Made by a program: the position numbers and the translations under genes
Shown: positions 9,923 through 18,598 of the stretch, one piece after another
Layout: the number at the start of each line of letters is the position of its first letter
How positions within the stretch are numbered: the first letter of the stretch is position 1
From: a candidate division FCPU426 bacterium
GTDB lineage: Bacteria > Oederibacteriota > Muellerivitia > Muellerivitales > Muellerivitaceae
Assembly (NCBI GenBank): GCA_963847625.1
Contig: CAWKAR010000033.1
Coordinates: forward strand, 64,001-128,000
Reading direction: 5' to 3'
Length of the DNA: 64,000 nucleotides
The notes under the pieces: generated by a model
The model's input: the letters and a program-made list of their open reading frames with translations, nothing else
Databases searched by the model: none
What the model was told of the DNA's origin: nothing

Positions 9923-10020
9923 ACCTACTGGCAGAACCCGCTGAACCTACTGGCAGGTCTGGTGAACCTACTGGCAGAACCGGCGGAACCTACTGGCAGG
10001 TCCGGGGAACCTACTGGTAG
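9923..10020. repeat. Five direct repeats ACCTACTGG(C/T)AG at alternating 22/21-nt spacing
   Basis: Copies start at 9923, 9945, 9966, 9988 and 10009. Confidence 0.9.
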
Positions 10021-10052
10021 AAAGCCGGTTTCCCGGTGGTATTGAGGGACAG

Positions 10053-10094
10053 CCTCGAAGTGGTTCGACAGGCTCACCACAGGCTTTGTCGAGG
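10053..10094. repeat. REP-like palindrome
   Basis: Outer arms CCTCGA/TCGAGG around GTGGTTCGACAGGCTCACCAC, resembling a common intergenic palindrome type. Confidence 0.55.
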
Positions 10095-10116
10095 GGTTTA
10101 CCTAGTGGCATAAGCT

Positions 10117-11133
10117 GTGGACCTTGTTAAAATAACCAACCTTATGACCAGTCCAACCCGTTGGTCCCTTATCTCGATCCTCCTGGCTTCGGCCTTTTCC
10201 CCATCCTGGGCCGATTCCCCTTTCCTTCAATTGAAACAGGACATTCCCCTAACCGGAGGGGTTTCCCGTTTCGATCAACAGGCGTTCGACCCCCAAACCG
10301 GGATGCTATATATTGCCCATGCGGGTGCGGGCCAGATTATTCTTTTCAACACCCGGAAAAACACGGTTTTTACGACTCTTCCTAACTTTCCGGAAGTCAC
10401 GGGACTCCTGGTGGTTCCGGAACTCCACCGCCTCTACGCCAGCGTTGCCCAACGACACCAGGTAGCCGTGATCGACCTCCAAAGCTTGAAAGTGCTCGCC
10501 AAGGTCCCGGCGGGCCATCTTCCCGACGGCATGGCCTATGTTCCCGAGCTCCACCAACTTTTCGTTTCCGATGAGTTGGGGGGGGAAGTCACCGTCATCG
10601 ATGTCTTGAAGAACAAGCGCGTCGATTCCATTAAATTGGGCGGACAGGCGGGGAACACCCGCTATGACTCGAGTTCGCGCCTCATTTTCACACCGGTCCA
10701 GACCAAGAATGAACTGGACGCCATCGATCCACAGACCCGGAAAATCATCGCGCGCTATCCCATCTACAGCGGCAAACATCCCCATGGGCTGTGGATTGAT
10801 ACCAATTCCCATTTGGCGTTTCTGGGCTGTGACAAGGACAGCAAGCTGGTGGTTTTTGACCTTCAAAGCCGCCTGGAGACCGCCGTCTCCGACGTTGGTA
10901 AGGACCCCGACGTCCTGACTTTTGATTCCCAACAGGGGTACCTCTATGTGGCCTCTGAGGCGGGAAAGGCCTCGGTTTTCCGTGTCCGGGACCGGAAGAT
11001 CAAGAAGGTCGGTGATTTCGAAGTGGGGAACAAGGCCCATACCGTCGAAGTGAACCCCCAGACGCACGAACTTTATTTCCCTTTGACGGTGGATAAAAAG
11101 CCGGTTCTGCGCGTCATGAAGCCCAATTTATAG
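10117..11133 (+). CDS. Secreted YncE/YVTN-type beta-propeller protein (ATG 10144 is an alternative start)
   Basis: Signal peptide ending SWA-D; repeated blades (LYAS, VAVID, PDGMAY, VTVID, PHGL). Confidence 0.85.
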   Translation: MDLVKITNLMTSPTRWSLISILLASAFSPSWADSPFLQLKQDIPLTGGVSRFDQQAFDPQTGMLYIAHAGAGQIILFNTRKNTVFTTLPNFPEVTGLLVVPELHRLYASVAQRHQVAVIDLQSLKVLAKVPAGHLPDGMAYVPELHQLFVSDELGGEVTVIDVLKNKRVDSIKLGGQAGNTRYDSSSRLIFTPVQTKNELDAIDPQTRKIIARYPIYSGKHPHGLWIDTNSHLAFLGCDKDSKLVVFDLQSRLETAVSDVGKDPDVLTFDSQQGYLYVASEAGKASVFRVRDRKIKKVGDFEVGNKAHTVEVNPQTHELYFPLTVDKKPVLRVMKPNL

Positions 11134-11145
11134 GAACTTATTGGC

Positions 11146-11988
11146 TCAAACCGGGAAGAGGCTGTCGTAGGAACGGATTTTGGCGATGACCTCGTCGATG
11201 AGGTAGTCGGGGGTGGATGCCCCCGCGGTGATTCCTGCTTTTAACTTCCCCTGAAACCATTTCGAATCCAGTTCCTGGGCCGTCTCGATGTGGTAAGTCG
11301 CGTTGGGAAGGAAGGCCTGGCAAGTGTCGGCCAGTTTGTGGGTGTTGGAAGAATTGCGGCCCCCGATGACGATCATAATTTCCACCTGCTTGGAAAGGGC
11401 CGCGGCGGCGGTTTGGCGGTCCTTGGTGGGCTTGCAGATGGTATCCACTGCCACGACCTCGGCGCAGCGTTCCTTGAGCTTTTCGACGAATTTCGCGAAT
11501 TTTTCCATCAATAAGGTGCTTTGAGTGATGACCCCGACCCGGGAACCTTCCGGGACTTTAACGATATCCGCCTCCTCGTAAATGATGATGGCGTCCTTCA
11601 TGCGGCTGGCGATGCCCTTGACTTCTACGTGCTTAGGATCGCCGATGATGACGATCCTAAGGCCTTTCTCCTGGAGCTTGTGGCCCTCGTTGTAAATGCG
11701 CGTCACCAGGGGGCAAGTGGTGTCGATGATATCCAAGCCCCTTTCCTTGATCTTGCCCAGGACGTTGATATCCAGGCCGTGCGCGGTGATGACTACGCGG
11801 TTGTCCTGAACATCGTCCAGCGAGGTCACGATCTTCTTATTGAGCGCGGCCAAACGGGCCACTTCCTGGGGGTTGTGGATCAGGGAACCGAAAATGAAGG
11901 CCTTGTCCATGGACTCGGCCTTTTCGATGGCGCGTTTCACCCCGAAACAGAAACCGGCGGCGTTGGCGACCAGGATTTCACGGTTCAT
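11146..11988 (-). CDS. ispH: 4-hydroxy-3-methylbut-2-enyl diphosphate reductase
   Basis: GFCFGV, IHN, DTTCPLV, HVEVKG, TIC..T..RQ, SSNT, AGASTP. Start could be 12015. Confidence 0.95.
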   Translation of the reverse strand: MNREILVANAAGFCFGVKRAIEKAESMDKAFIFGSLIHNPQEVARLAALNKKIVTSLDDVQDNRVVITAHGLDINVLGKIKERGLDIIDTTCPLVTRIYNEGHKLQEKGLRIVIIGDPKHVEVKGIASRMKDAIIIYEEADIVKVPEGSRVGVITQSTLLMEKFAKFVEKLKERCAEVVAVDTICKPTKDRQTAAAALSKQVEIMIVIGGRNSSNTHKLADTCQAFLPNATYHIETAQELDSKWFQGKLKAGITAGASTPDYLIDEVIAKIRSYDSLFPV

Positions 11989-12123
11989 TACGACCCCAAA
12001 GCCGCTGTCAGCCATTAGTGGAGGGCTGCCAGCTGGATTTTGACTGCAAGTCCTTCAAAGGACGTTGATTATATATAATGCTTCCGGTGAAATAAAACCC
12101 AGACCCCCCCAAAGGAATAATCA

Positions 12124-15100
12124 GTGCGTTTTTCCCTCTATTTAGGCCCCTACCAGCCGTTCCTGGAGGAAGAACTCTTCGCCCGCGTCCGGGATCTTCG
12201 CTCTTCCGACCCCTTTTCACCCCTGGTGGTTTTGGTCCCAAACCGGCTTCTGGTGCGGCATTTGCGGGAGACCTTAGCCCGAAAGCACCAATGGGTCTTC
12301 AACATCCGTTTCCTCACCTTCCACCAATACCTCCTGGAGCGGATGGAGGATAAGTGGATGGTGGAAGGTTTCCGCGTGCTGCCCGAAGCCCTGGTGCCAT
12401 GGGTCTTGAAGGAAAGGTCCAGGGCATCGCGGAAAACCGAGGGCCCTTTCGCGGCCGTGGAAAAGACTCCCGGGTTTTACAAGGCTCTCCGGACCACCCT
12501 TTCGGAACTCCAGCAGGGTTTTTTCAATCCCTTGTCCCTGAAGGAATCGGCGAAAAGGCTGTCGAGAGCCAAGGACCGCCAGCGCCTGTCGGCGAAGTTG
12601 AAGGAATTCTCCCTGTTGTTGGAATCCTACGAAACCTGGAAAAAGAAGGAAAAATGGAAGGATCTGGACGACCTCTACGTTGAAGCCTTGGATTTACCTC
12701 CCGCCCCGACACCCCTTTGGATTTACGGTTTTTACGATGCTTCTGTTCTCCAGCAAAAAGCGCTGAGGCACCTTTGTTCAGCCCAGGAAAGCAATTGGTT
12801 TATCCCCTACGAGGACCAGCCCGCTTTCGAGTACGCTAAGCCATTCCTGGAATGGGCCCAAGGGTTGGGGGAAGTAAAAAAGTTTGGAAATTGGAAAGGG
12901 GATAATGCGACACCGTTAAAAAGACTTCAGAAGAATATATTTGTTACTGAGGTTGCCACGCCGCAAACTTCGTCCTATCCGGACGAAGCTCCTCGCAATG
13001 ACAACAGCTTTGAAAATTCGGATGTCAAAGTCCTTCTTTGCCCGGGCGAACCGCGTGAAATCCGGGAAGGAATCCGGACCCTGGTGTCTGAGGCGGAAAA
13101 ACATGAAATCCCCTTTTCCCGCTGCGCGGTGGTATTCAGGCAGATGGAAAGCTATCGGCGGATGGTGGGCCCGTCTTTCTCGGCCCAGGGTGTGCCCCTT
13201 TCCAAGGAACCCACGGTTTTCCTCGTGGAAACCCCCGAAGGAAAGGCCGTGCTTCTTCTGCTCCAATGCTTCCAACAGGAATTTCCCCGCGATCTTTTAT
13301 TCAACTTCCTATCCAGTCCTAACCTCAAGCCGGAGGGTTTCGAGCTGGGTCCGGACGGCTGGAATCCCCATTTGTGGGACAGGGTTTCCAAGGAAGCGGG
13401 GGTGGTGGAAGGGGAAAATGTCTGGCTGGACCATATCGACAGCTATCTTTACCGCCGGTCCCGTATTTCCGTGCCCGAGGAAGAGGAAATCTCAAAGGAA
13501 GAGGCGGAATCCCTCAAGGATTTCAAAAAGATCCTGAAAATACTGTTCACAGCCCGCAAAAAATTCGAAAAGGAAAAAACTTGGGAAGGAAAATCCACGG
13601 TTCTCTTGTCCCAAGTGACGAGGCTTTTCCGGCTTTCGCGGGCCCAGGAACAATTGGAAGCAACCTTGAAGGGGATTCAAGCCTTGTCGCGCCTCTCCCT
13701 GACCGTGACCCGGGAGGATTTCACCTCGATTCTCCCGGAATTGCTGGCGGAACAAAAGGTTCCCGGGGAAAAATACGAGCCGGGTGGAGTGGAGGTTGCG
13801 GACCTGATGCAGGCCCGGGGCGTGTCTTTCGACGTGCTGGTTTTACCGGGGTTGGTGGAACAGGGTTTTCCCCGGGTGGCCCGCCAGGACCCGCTTCTTT
13901 TGGACGAGGAAAGGCGGATTCTCAATGGCTTGATGGAATCCACCGCCCGGATTCCAGAAAAAGCAGAGGGCAGACTGGAGGAAAAGCTCCTTTTCGCCCT
14001 GGCGGTCCGAAGCGCCCAAAAAACACTCGTGATCACCGTGCCCCATCTCGATCCTTCCACCGGGGGGCCGCGCATCCCTTCCCTTTATCTGTATGAGGCG
14101 GCCCAGGCCGTCACCGGAAAAAGGCAAATCCATTTGACCGAGGCGGGAACCTTTGTGAAAAAAATCCCTGTGTCCGGTTGGATCCGGGAAAAGTGGAGCC
14201 AGTGCGCGGATGATCTGGAGCAGTTATTAAGCCGGTTCCAACTGGCCCGGAGGGGGGATCCTCTACCGGCCCTGGCCTACGTCTCGGAAAAGCCCTTTTA
14301 CTTTAAGGCCCAAGAACTCCTCAAAAGCCGCCAGATGATACGTACCTTTACCCCATACGACGGCCTTTTCCAGGATCCCCGGGCTCTGGACGAACTTCAA
14401 AAAAGCCATTCCCTCCAGGACAAAACCGTATCAGCCTCCCGTTTGGAAACCTTTGCCGCCTGTCCCATCCGATATTTCTTCAAGTATGTCTTAAGACTCA
14501 AAATCCATCCCGAGCCCGAAAGAATTTTCCAGTTGGAGGCCTCCGAAAAGGGGACCCTGATGCACGGCATATTGGAGGTCACCCTCACGCGGGGAATGAA
14601 GGAAGGCTGGTTCGACAAACGCGAGACCGAAAAGGGACTCAAGGTTCTAAGGGAGGAAACCCAAAAGGCCTTCGACCATTTCGAGAAGGAAGGCGTGCCG
14701 GGATCCCCCGCCCTTTGGGCCTGGAACCGCTTTTCCATGGCCCGGGACCTGGAAAAGGCTTTCCAGGGCGTGATGGAAGACCGGGATTGGGTCCCCAAGG
14801 ATTTTGAAAAGGGATTCGGTAAGAAGGACCAGGCCGAAGTTTTGTTCCCCACTTCCAAAGGGAATTTCCGGCTGGAAGGCTGGATGGACCGCGTGGATAT
14901 TTCCTCCGACGGTAAGAGGTTGAGGGTCCTGGACTATAAAACCGGGAGCAGTACCTCGTTCAAGAAAGACGGTGTGCGAGAAGGCACGAAACTCCAAATG
15001 CCCCTCTATCTCTGGGCCTGCCGGAAACTTTATCCGGGAGTCGTCCCCGAAACGGCGGTCTTTGACTTTCTCACGTCCAAGGGGGGCTATCGGCGGGTTT

Positions 15101-15321
15101 CCTACGACGCTACCGACTGGAAAAAGGTAGAAGTACCCCTGGGAGTTGTCCTAGAAGCGGCGTCGGAGGCGGTTTCCCGTGGGCTTTTCCCGGCCGTGGC
15201 GAAGGCCTGCGACCAATGCGATTACCAGGCCCTTTGCGGGACGGGGCGGGAACGGCGGGCCGAGAGGAAGAAAGACGACGCCCGGGTAAAGGGCTATTAC
15301 TGTCTGGAGGAACTTCCGTGA
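12124..15321 (+). CDS. addB: AddB-like subunit: inactive helicase fold + PD-(D/E)XK nuclease with Fe-S cysteines
   Basis: VLVP, ARG.SFD, SASRLETFAACP, G.MDRVD, LDYKTG, C-x2-C-x5-C; directly upstream of addA. Confidence 0.85.
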   Translation: MRFSLYLGPYQPFLEEELFARVRDLRSSDPFSPLVVLVPNRLLVRHLRETLARKHQWVFNIRFLTFHQYLLERMEDKWMVEGFRVLPEALVPWVLKERSRASRKTEGPFAAVEKTPGFYKALRTTLSELQQGFFNPLSLKESAKRLSRAKDRQRLSAKLKEFSLLLESYETWKKKEKWKDLDDLYVEALDLPPAPTPLWIYGFYDASVLQQKALRHLCSAQESNWFIPYEDQPAFEYAKPFLEWAQGLGEVKKFGNWKGDNATPLKRLQKNIFVTEVATPQTSSYPDEAPRNDNSFENSDVKVLLCPGEPREIREGIRTLVSEAEKHEIPFSRCAVVFRQMESYRRMVGPSFSAQGVPLSKEPTVFLVETPEGKAVLLLLQCFQQEFPRDLLFNFLSSPNLKPEGFELGPDGWNPHLWDRVSKEAGVVEGENVWLDHIDSYLYRRSRISVPEEEEISKEEAESLKDFKKILKILFTARKKFEKEKTWEGKSTVLLSQVTRLFRLSRAQEQLEATLKGIQALSRLSLTVTREDFTSILPELLAEQKVPGEKYEPGGVEVADLMQARGVSFDVLVLPGLVEQGFPRVARQDPLLLDEERRILNGLMESTARIPEKAEGRLEEKLLFALAVRSAQKTLVITVPHLDPSTGGPRIPSLYLYEAAQAVTGKRQIHLTEAGTFVKKIPVSGWIREKWSQCADDLEQLLSRFQLARRGDPLPALAYVSEKPFYFKAQELLKSRQMIRTFTPYDGLFQDPRALDELQKSHSLQDKTVSASRLETFAACPIRYFFKYVLRLKIHPEPERIFQLEASEKGTLMHGILEVTLTRGMKEGWFDKRETEKGLKVLREETQKAFDHFEKEGVPGSPALWAWNRFSMARDLEKAFQGVMEDRDWVPKDFEKGFGKKDQAEVLFPTSKGNFRLEGWMDRVDISSDGKRLRVLDYKTGSSTSFKKDGVREGTKLQMPLYLWACRKLYPGVVPETAVFDFLTSKGGYRRVSYDATDWKKVEVPLGVVLEAASEAVSRGLFPAVAKACDQCDYQALCGTGRERRAERKKDDARVKGYYCLEELP
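12941..13004. repeat. Palindromic repeat embedded in-frame in addB
   Basis: Perfect hairpin CTTCGTCC-TATCC-GGACGAAG flanked by GTTGCCACG and CCTCGCAATGAC. Confidence 0.6.
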
Positions 15322-18300
15322 TCAGCGACCAGACGGCCCGGGGCCGGGCGATTCAAGACCACGAAACCCTTTTCGCGGTGGATGCGGGCGCGGGCACGGG
15401 GAAAACCACGCTTTTAGTCTCCCGCCTGATCTCCCTGCTGGTGGAAAAAGAAGTTTCACTCGGGAAAATCGCCGCAATCACCTTCACCGAGAAGGCCGCC
15501 GCCGAATTGGTGGACCGGCTCCGTCAGAAATTGGAAAAGGAACTGGTTGAAAATCCCGCCAAAAAGGCCCTGATTCTTCAGGCCTTTCAAGACCTGGAAA
15601 GGGCCCCCATTTCCACCATCCATTCCTTCTGCGCCGCCCTCTTGCGGGAATACCCGGTGGAGGCGGGGGTGGACCCGCGCTTCACGATTCTGGACGATGT
15701 CCAAGCCGGGGCTTTCGAGTCCCAGGCCTGGGAAGACTGGCTGAAAAAATCGCTCAACAAACCGGTGGGGTCTCTGTTCCATTTCCAAAGGTTGGGCGGG
15801 ACCTTCGGGCACCTGGAGGAACTGAAAAGCTTCCTGAAACGAAACCACTCCCTGTTGACTCCACCTGAAAGCCAAGCCTTGCCCGACAGCGCAGATTTCA
15901 GGCGAGCACTGAAAAAATTTCTCCAAAAGGTCCATCCATTGGCGTCTTCTTGCAAAGACTCCTCGGACGGACTTTTCGAAGCCCTTCAACAATTCCAGGG
16001 TGATTGCGCCTTCCTGGGCACAGTTTCGCCGGAAGAGATGGTTTTTGGGCTGGCGGTCCTGGAGATCCCCAAGACCGCAAAGAAGGGGAACCAGAAAAAT
16101 TGGGACAAGACGGTTCTGGACAATATCCGGCGGGAATTTTCCCTGCTTTCCGGGGAGCATGAAATATTTTCCGCCGCCTTCAAGAACGCGGTGGTTTTAA
16201 ACATCGTCCACTGGCTCTGGGATTACCTAAAGGAGTTCGAGGAGAAGAAAAACCGCCAGGGATTCCTGGACTTTGACGACCTGCTTATGAGGACCCGGAA
16301 CCTTTTGAAAGACCATCCCGAAGCCCGGGAGGAATTGAAGAAGCGGCTCGATTATCTGCTGGTGGACGAGTTCCAGGATACGGATCCCCTGCAGGTGGAA
16401 ATCGTCTTTTTCCTCGCGGAAAAAGAAGGAAAAAGCGAGACAAATTGGAAAAAGGTAAAGTTGAAACCCGGCAAACTTTTTCTGGTGGGGGACCCCAAGC
16501 AAAGCATTTACCGGTTCCGCAGGGCGGACGTGGAAATTTACGAGGAAACCAAGAAACTGGTGACGGGTAACGGTGGGCGGGTGGAATTGCTCACGGAGAA
16601 TTTCAGGACCGTGGGGAGCCTGGTCGACTGGGTCAATGCGAGATTCCCGTCCCTTTTCACAGGAACCCCCATCCAGTACAGCGCCCAAAACCCCAGCCGG
16701 AGGGAAAAAAGACCCCCAAAGGCCATTCCGCCACTTATTGGAATCCGGATCGCCGTCCCGCCGGACGAGAAAACAGCCAAGGCTTCCTTGCGTCATCGGG
16801 AAGCGGAATGGACTGCGGCCTTCATCAGTGAAAAACTTCTCAAGGGCGGTTGGACCCTGTCGGACCCCAAGACCCACGAGTTGCGGCCGGTTGAGCCGGG
16901 GGACCTGGCGGTTCTTTTCCGGGATTTGTCCAACGAGAACGAGGAATTTTGGGAGGAAGCCTTCCGCAAGCGGAACCTGTCCTACCAGATCGTCGGGGGC
17001 AAACGGTTTTACAAGCGCCCCGAGATCGTAGCCCTTTCCACGCTCCTTAACTGCCTTTCCTCGCCCGCCGACGAGGCGGCCTGCGTGGCGGCCCTGAGAA
17101 GCTCTCTGTTCGGGTTTACGGACGAGAAAATCTTCCTGCACCGATCCTCCGGAGGCGTTTTTCAATTCCTAAAGCCGGCCCAGAAGGATATGGAAGAAGC
17201 TTTCAGTTTGTTACGCGATCTTTACGAGAAGACCCGCACTCTTTCGGTGTCGGAAACCTTGACCCAGTTCCTCGAAAAAACCAACCTGCTCGCGGTGGTG
17301 GCGGCCCAACCCCACGGGGAACAGCGGGTGGCCAACCTCCTCAAGGTCGTGGACCAAGCCCGTGAGTTGGAAACTTCCCAGCATTTCACCTATCGCGCTT
17401 TTACCCAATGGCTGGCGGCCCAGCAGGAAGACGAAACCATGGAAGGGGAGGCCCCGGGGCCCGACTCCTCGGAGAACCGCGTCACGCTCATGACCATCCA
17501 CAAGGCCAAGGGCCTGGAATTTCCCGTGGTGATTGTCTCGGGAGCCGCCTCCGACAGCAAGGATTCGGGCAGCCTGCTGGAACGTAAGAATTCGGCCGGC
17601 GCCTATAAAGCGGGAAATATAGATTTGGGGCTGAGGACCTTGAACTATGAAGGAGTCCGCTCCGAGGAGCAAATCCAGTGGGAAGCCGAAAATACACGCC
17701 TGCTTTATGTGGCCGCTACCCGGGCGATGGAATGCCTCATCCTGCCCTTTTTTCAGTTACCGATGGACTCCAGAATAAAATCGGAGGACCTCTTTCTCGC
17801 ACCTTTACTGGCTGGCTTGGAAACCTCCCCTGCCCAGGGCTGGGTGGATTTGAATCCCGGCGGAAAAATTTGGGTGGAAAACCCGGAGCCGGGGAAAGTT
17901 TCCCAGGAAGATCCTCCCGCTTTGGTGGTGGATTTGGACGAAAAACTTCTTAAAACCCCGGAAGCCAAAGTCGAAAAGGAAAAAATTTCTGCGCAGGAAG
18001 AGTCGCGAAGGCAAAAAATCCTAAAACTTGTGGGCATTCCGGAATTCCAATCGATTACTAGCAAACTTTCGGTGGATGAGGACAAGCAGGGACGCCAACG
18101 GGAAATCCTGGAGGAGGAAGAAACAAGGTTTTCTTCCCCCGGCGGGAAGGATTTCGGAAGCCTGGTCCACTTGCTCTTGGAAAAAGGCTGGGATTGGAAC
18201 TCCGAAACCCTTTCCCGGGCGGCTCTTCTTTACGGCGAGAAGCTGGGTGTTTCCAAAGAGGAGGCGGAGGAAGCGGCGAAATTGGCCGAAAGAGCCGTAA

Positions 18301-18596
18301 AAAGCGATCTTCTTCAAAGGGCCAGAAAAGCAGACAGGGTTTTCCATGAATTACCTGTGACCGGCGCCCTTGAGAAGGGTAGCTTTCTCAACGCCGTCAT
18401 CGACCTGGCTTTTCTGGAAGGGGACGAATGGGTGCTGGTGGATTACAAGACGGACCGGGACATGGAAAAAGAAAAGGACAAGTACCAAAAACAATTAGGG
18501 TATTACGCCACCCTTCTAACCAATATAACCGGGTACCCGGTTAAGGAAACCTGGCTTTATTTTTTGCGGGATCCACAGGGCCCCCGGATCCTATAA
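15318..18596 (+). CDS. addA: AddA-like UvrD-family helicase/nuclease
   Basis: AGAGTGKT, TFTEKAA, TIHSFC, VDEFQDTD, VGDPKQSIYRFR, MTIHKAKGLEF, LYVAATRA, VDYKT. GTG start overlaps the addB stop, with GGAGG upstream. Confidence 0.93.
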   Translation: MISDQTARGRAIQDHETLFAVDAGAGTGKTTLLVSRLISLLVEKEVSLGKIAAITFTEKAAAELVDRLRQKLEKELVENPAKKALILQAFQDLERAPISTIHSFCAALLREYPVEAGVDPRFTILDDVQAGAFESQAWEDWLKKSLNKPVGSLFHFQRLGGTFGHLEELKSFLKRNHSLLTPPESQALPDSADFRRALKKFLQKVHPLASSCKDSSDGLFEALQQFQGDCAFLGTVSPEEMVFGLAVLEIPKTAKKGNQKNWDKTVLDNIRREFSLLSGEHEIFSAAFKNAVVLNIVHWLWDYLKEFEEKKNRQGFLDFDDLLMRTRNLLKDHPEAREELKKRLDYLLVDEFQDTDPLQVEIVFFLAEKEGKSETNWKKVKLKPGKLFLVGDPKQSIYRFRRADVEIYEETKKLVTGNGGRVELLTENFRTVGSLVDWVNARFPSLFTGTPIQYSAQNPSRREKRPPKAIPPLIGIRIAVPPDEKTAKASLRHREAEWTAAFISEKLLKGGWTLSDPKTHELRPVEPGDLAVLFRDLSNENEEFWEEAFRKRNLSYQIVGGKRFYKRPEIVALSTLLNCLSSPADEAACVAALRSSLFGFTDEKIFLHRSSGGVFQFLKPAQKDMEEAFSLLRDLYEKTRTLSVSETLTQFLEKTNLLAVVAAQPHGEQRVANLLKVVDQARELETSQHFTYRAFTQWLAAQQEDETMEGEAPGPDSSENRVTLMTIHKAKGLEFPVVIVSGAASDSKDSGSLLERKNSAGAYKAGNIDLGLRTLNYEGVRSEEQIQWEAENTRLLYVAATRAMECLILPFFQLPMDSRIKSEDLFLAPLLAGLETSPAQGWVDLNPGGKIWVENPEPGKVSQEDPPALVVDLDEKLLKTPEAKVEKEKISAQEESRRQKILKLVGIPEFQSITSKLSVDEDKQGRQREILEEEETRFSSPGGKDFGSLVHLLLEKGWDWNSETLSRAALLYGEKLGVSKEEAEEAAKLAERAVKSDLLQRARKADRVFHELPVTGALEKGSFLNAVIDLAFLEGDEWVLVDYKTDRDMEKEKDKYQKQLGYYATLLTNITGYPVKETWLYFLRDPQGPRIL

Positions 18597-18598
18597 AA

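Noticed and set aside
9923..10020. CRISPR array
   Set aside because: Repeats of 12-14 nt and spacers under 10 nt are far too short, and there are no cas genes.
15216..15317. Long N-terminal extensions in the ORF track (addA, also 39171, 51602, 55121, 50910)
   Set aside because: They overlap upstream genes, and coupled starts exist downstream.
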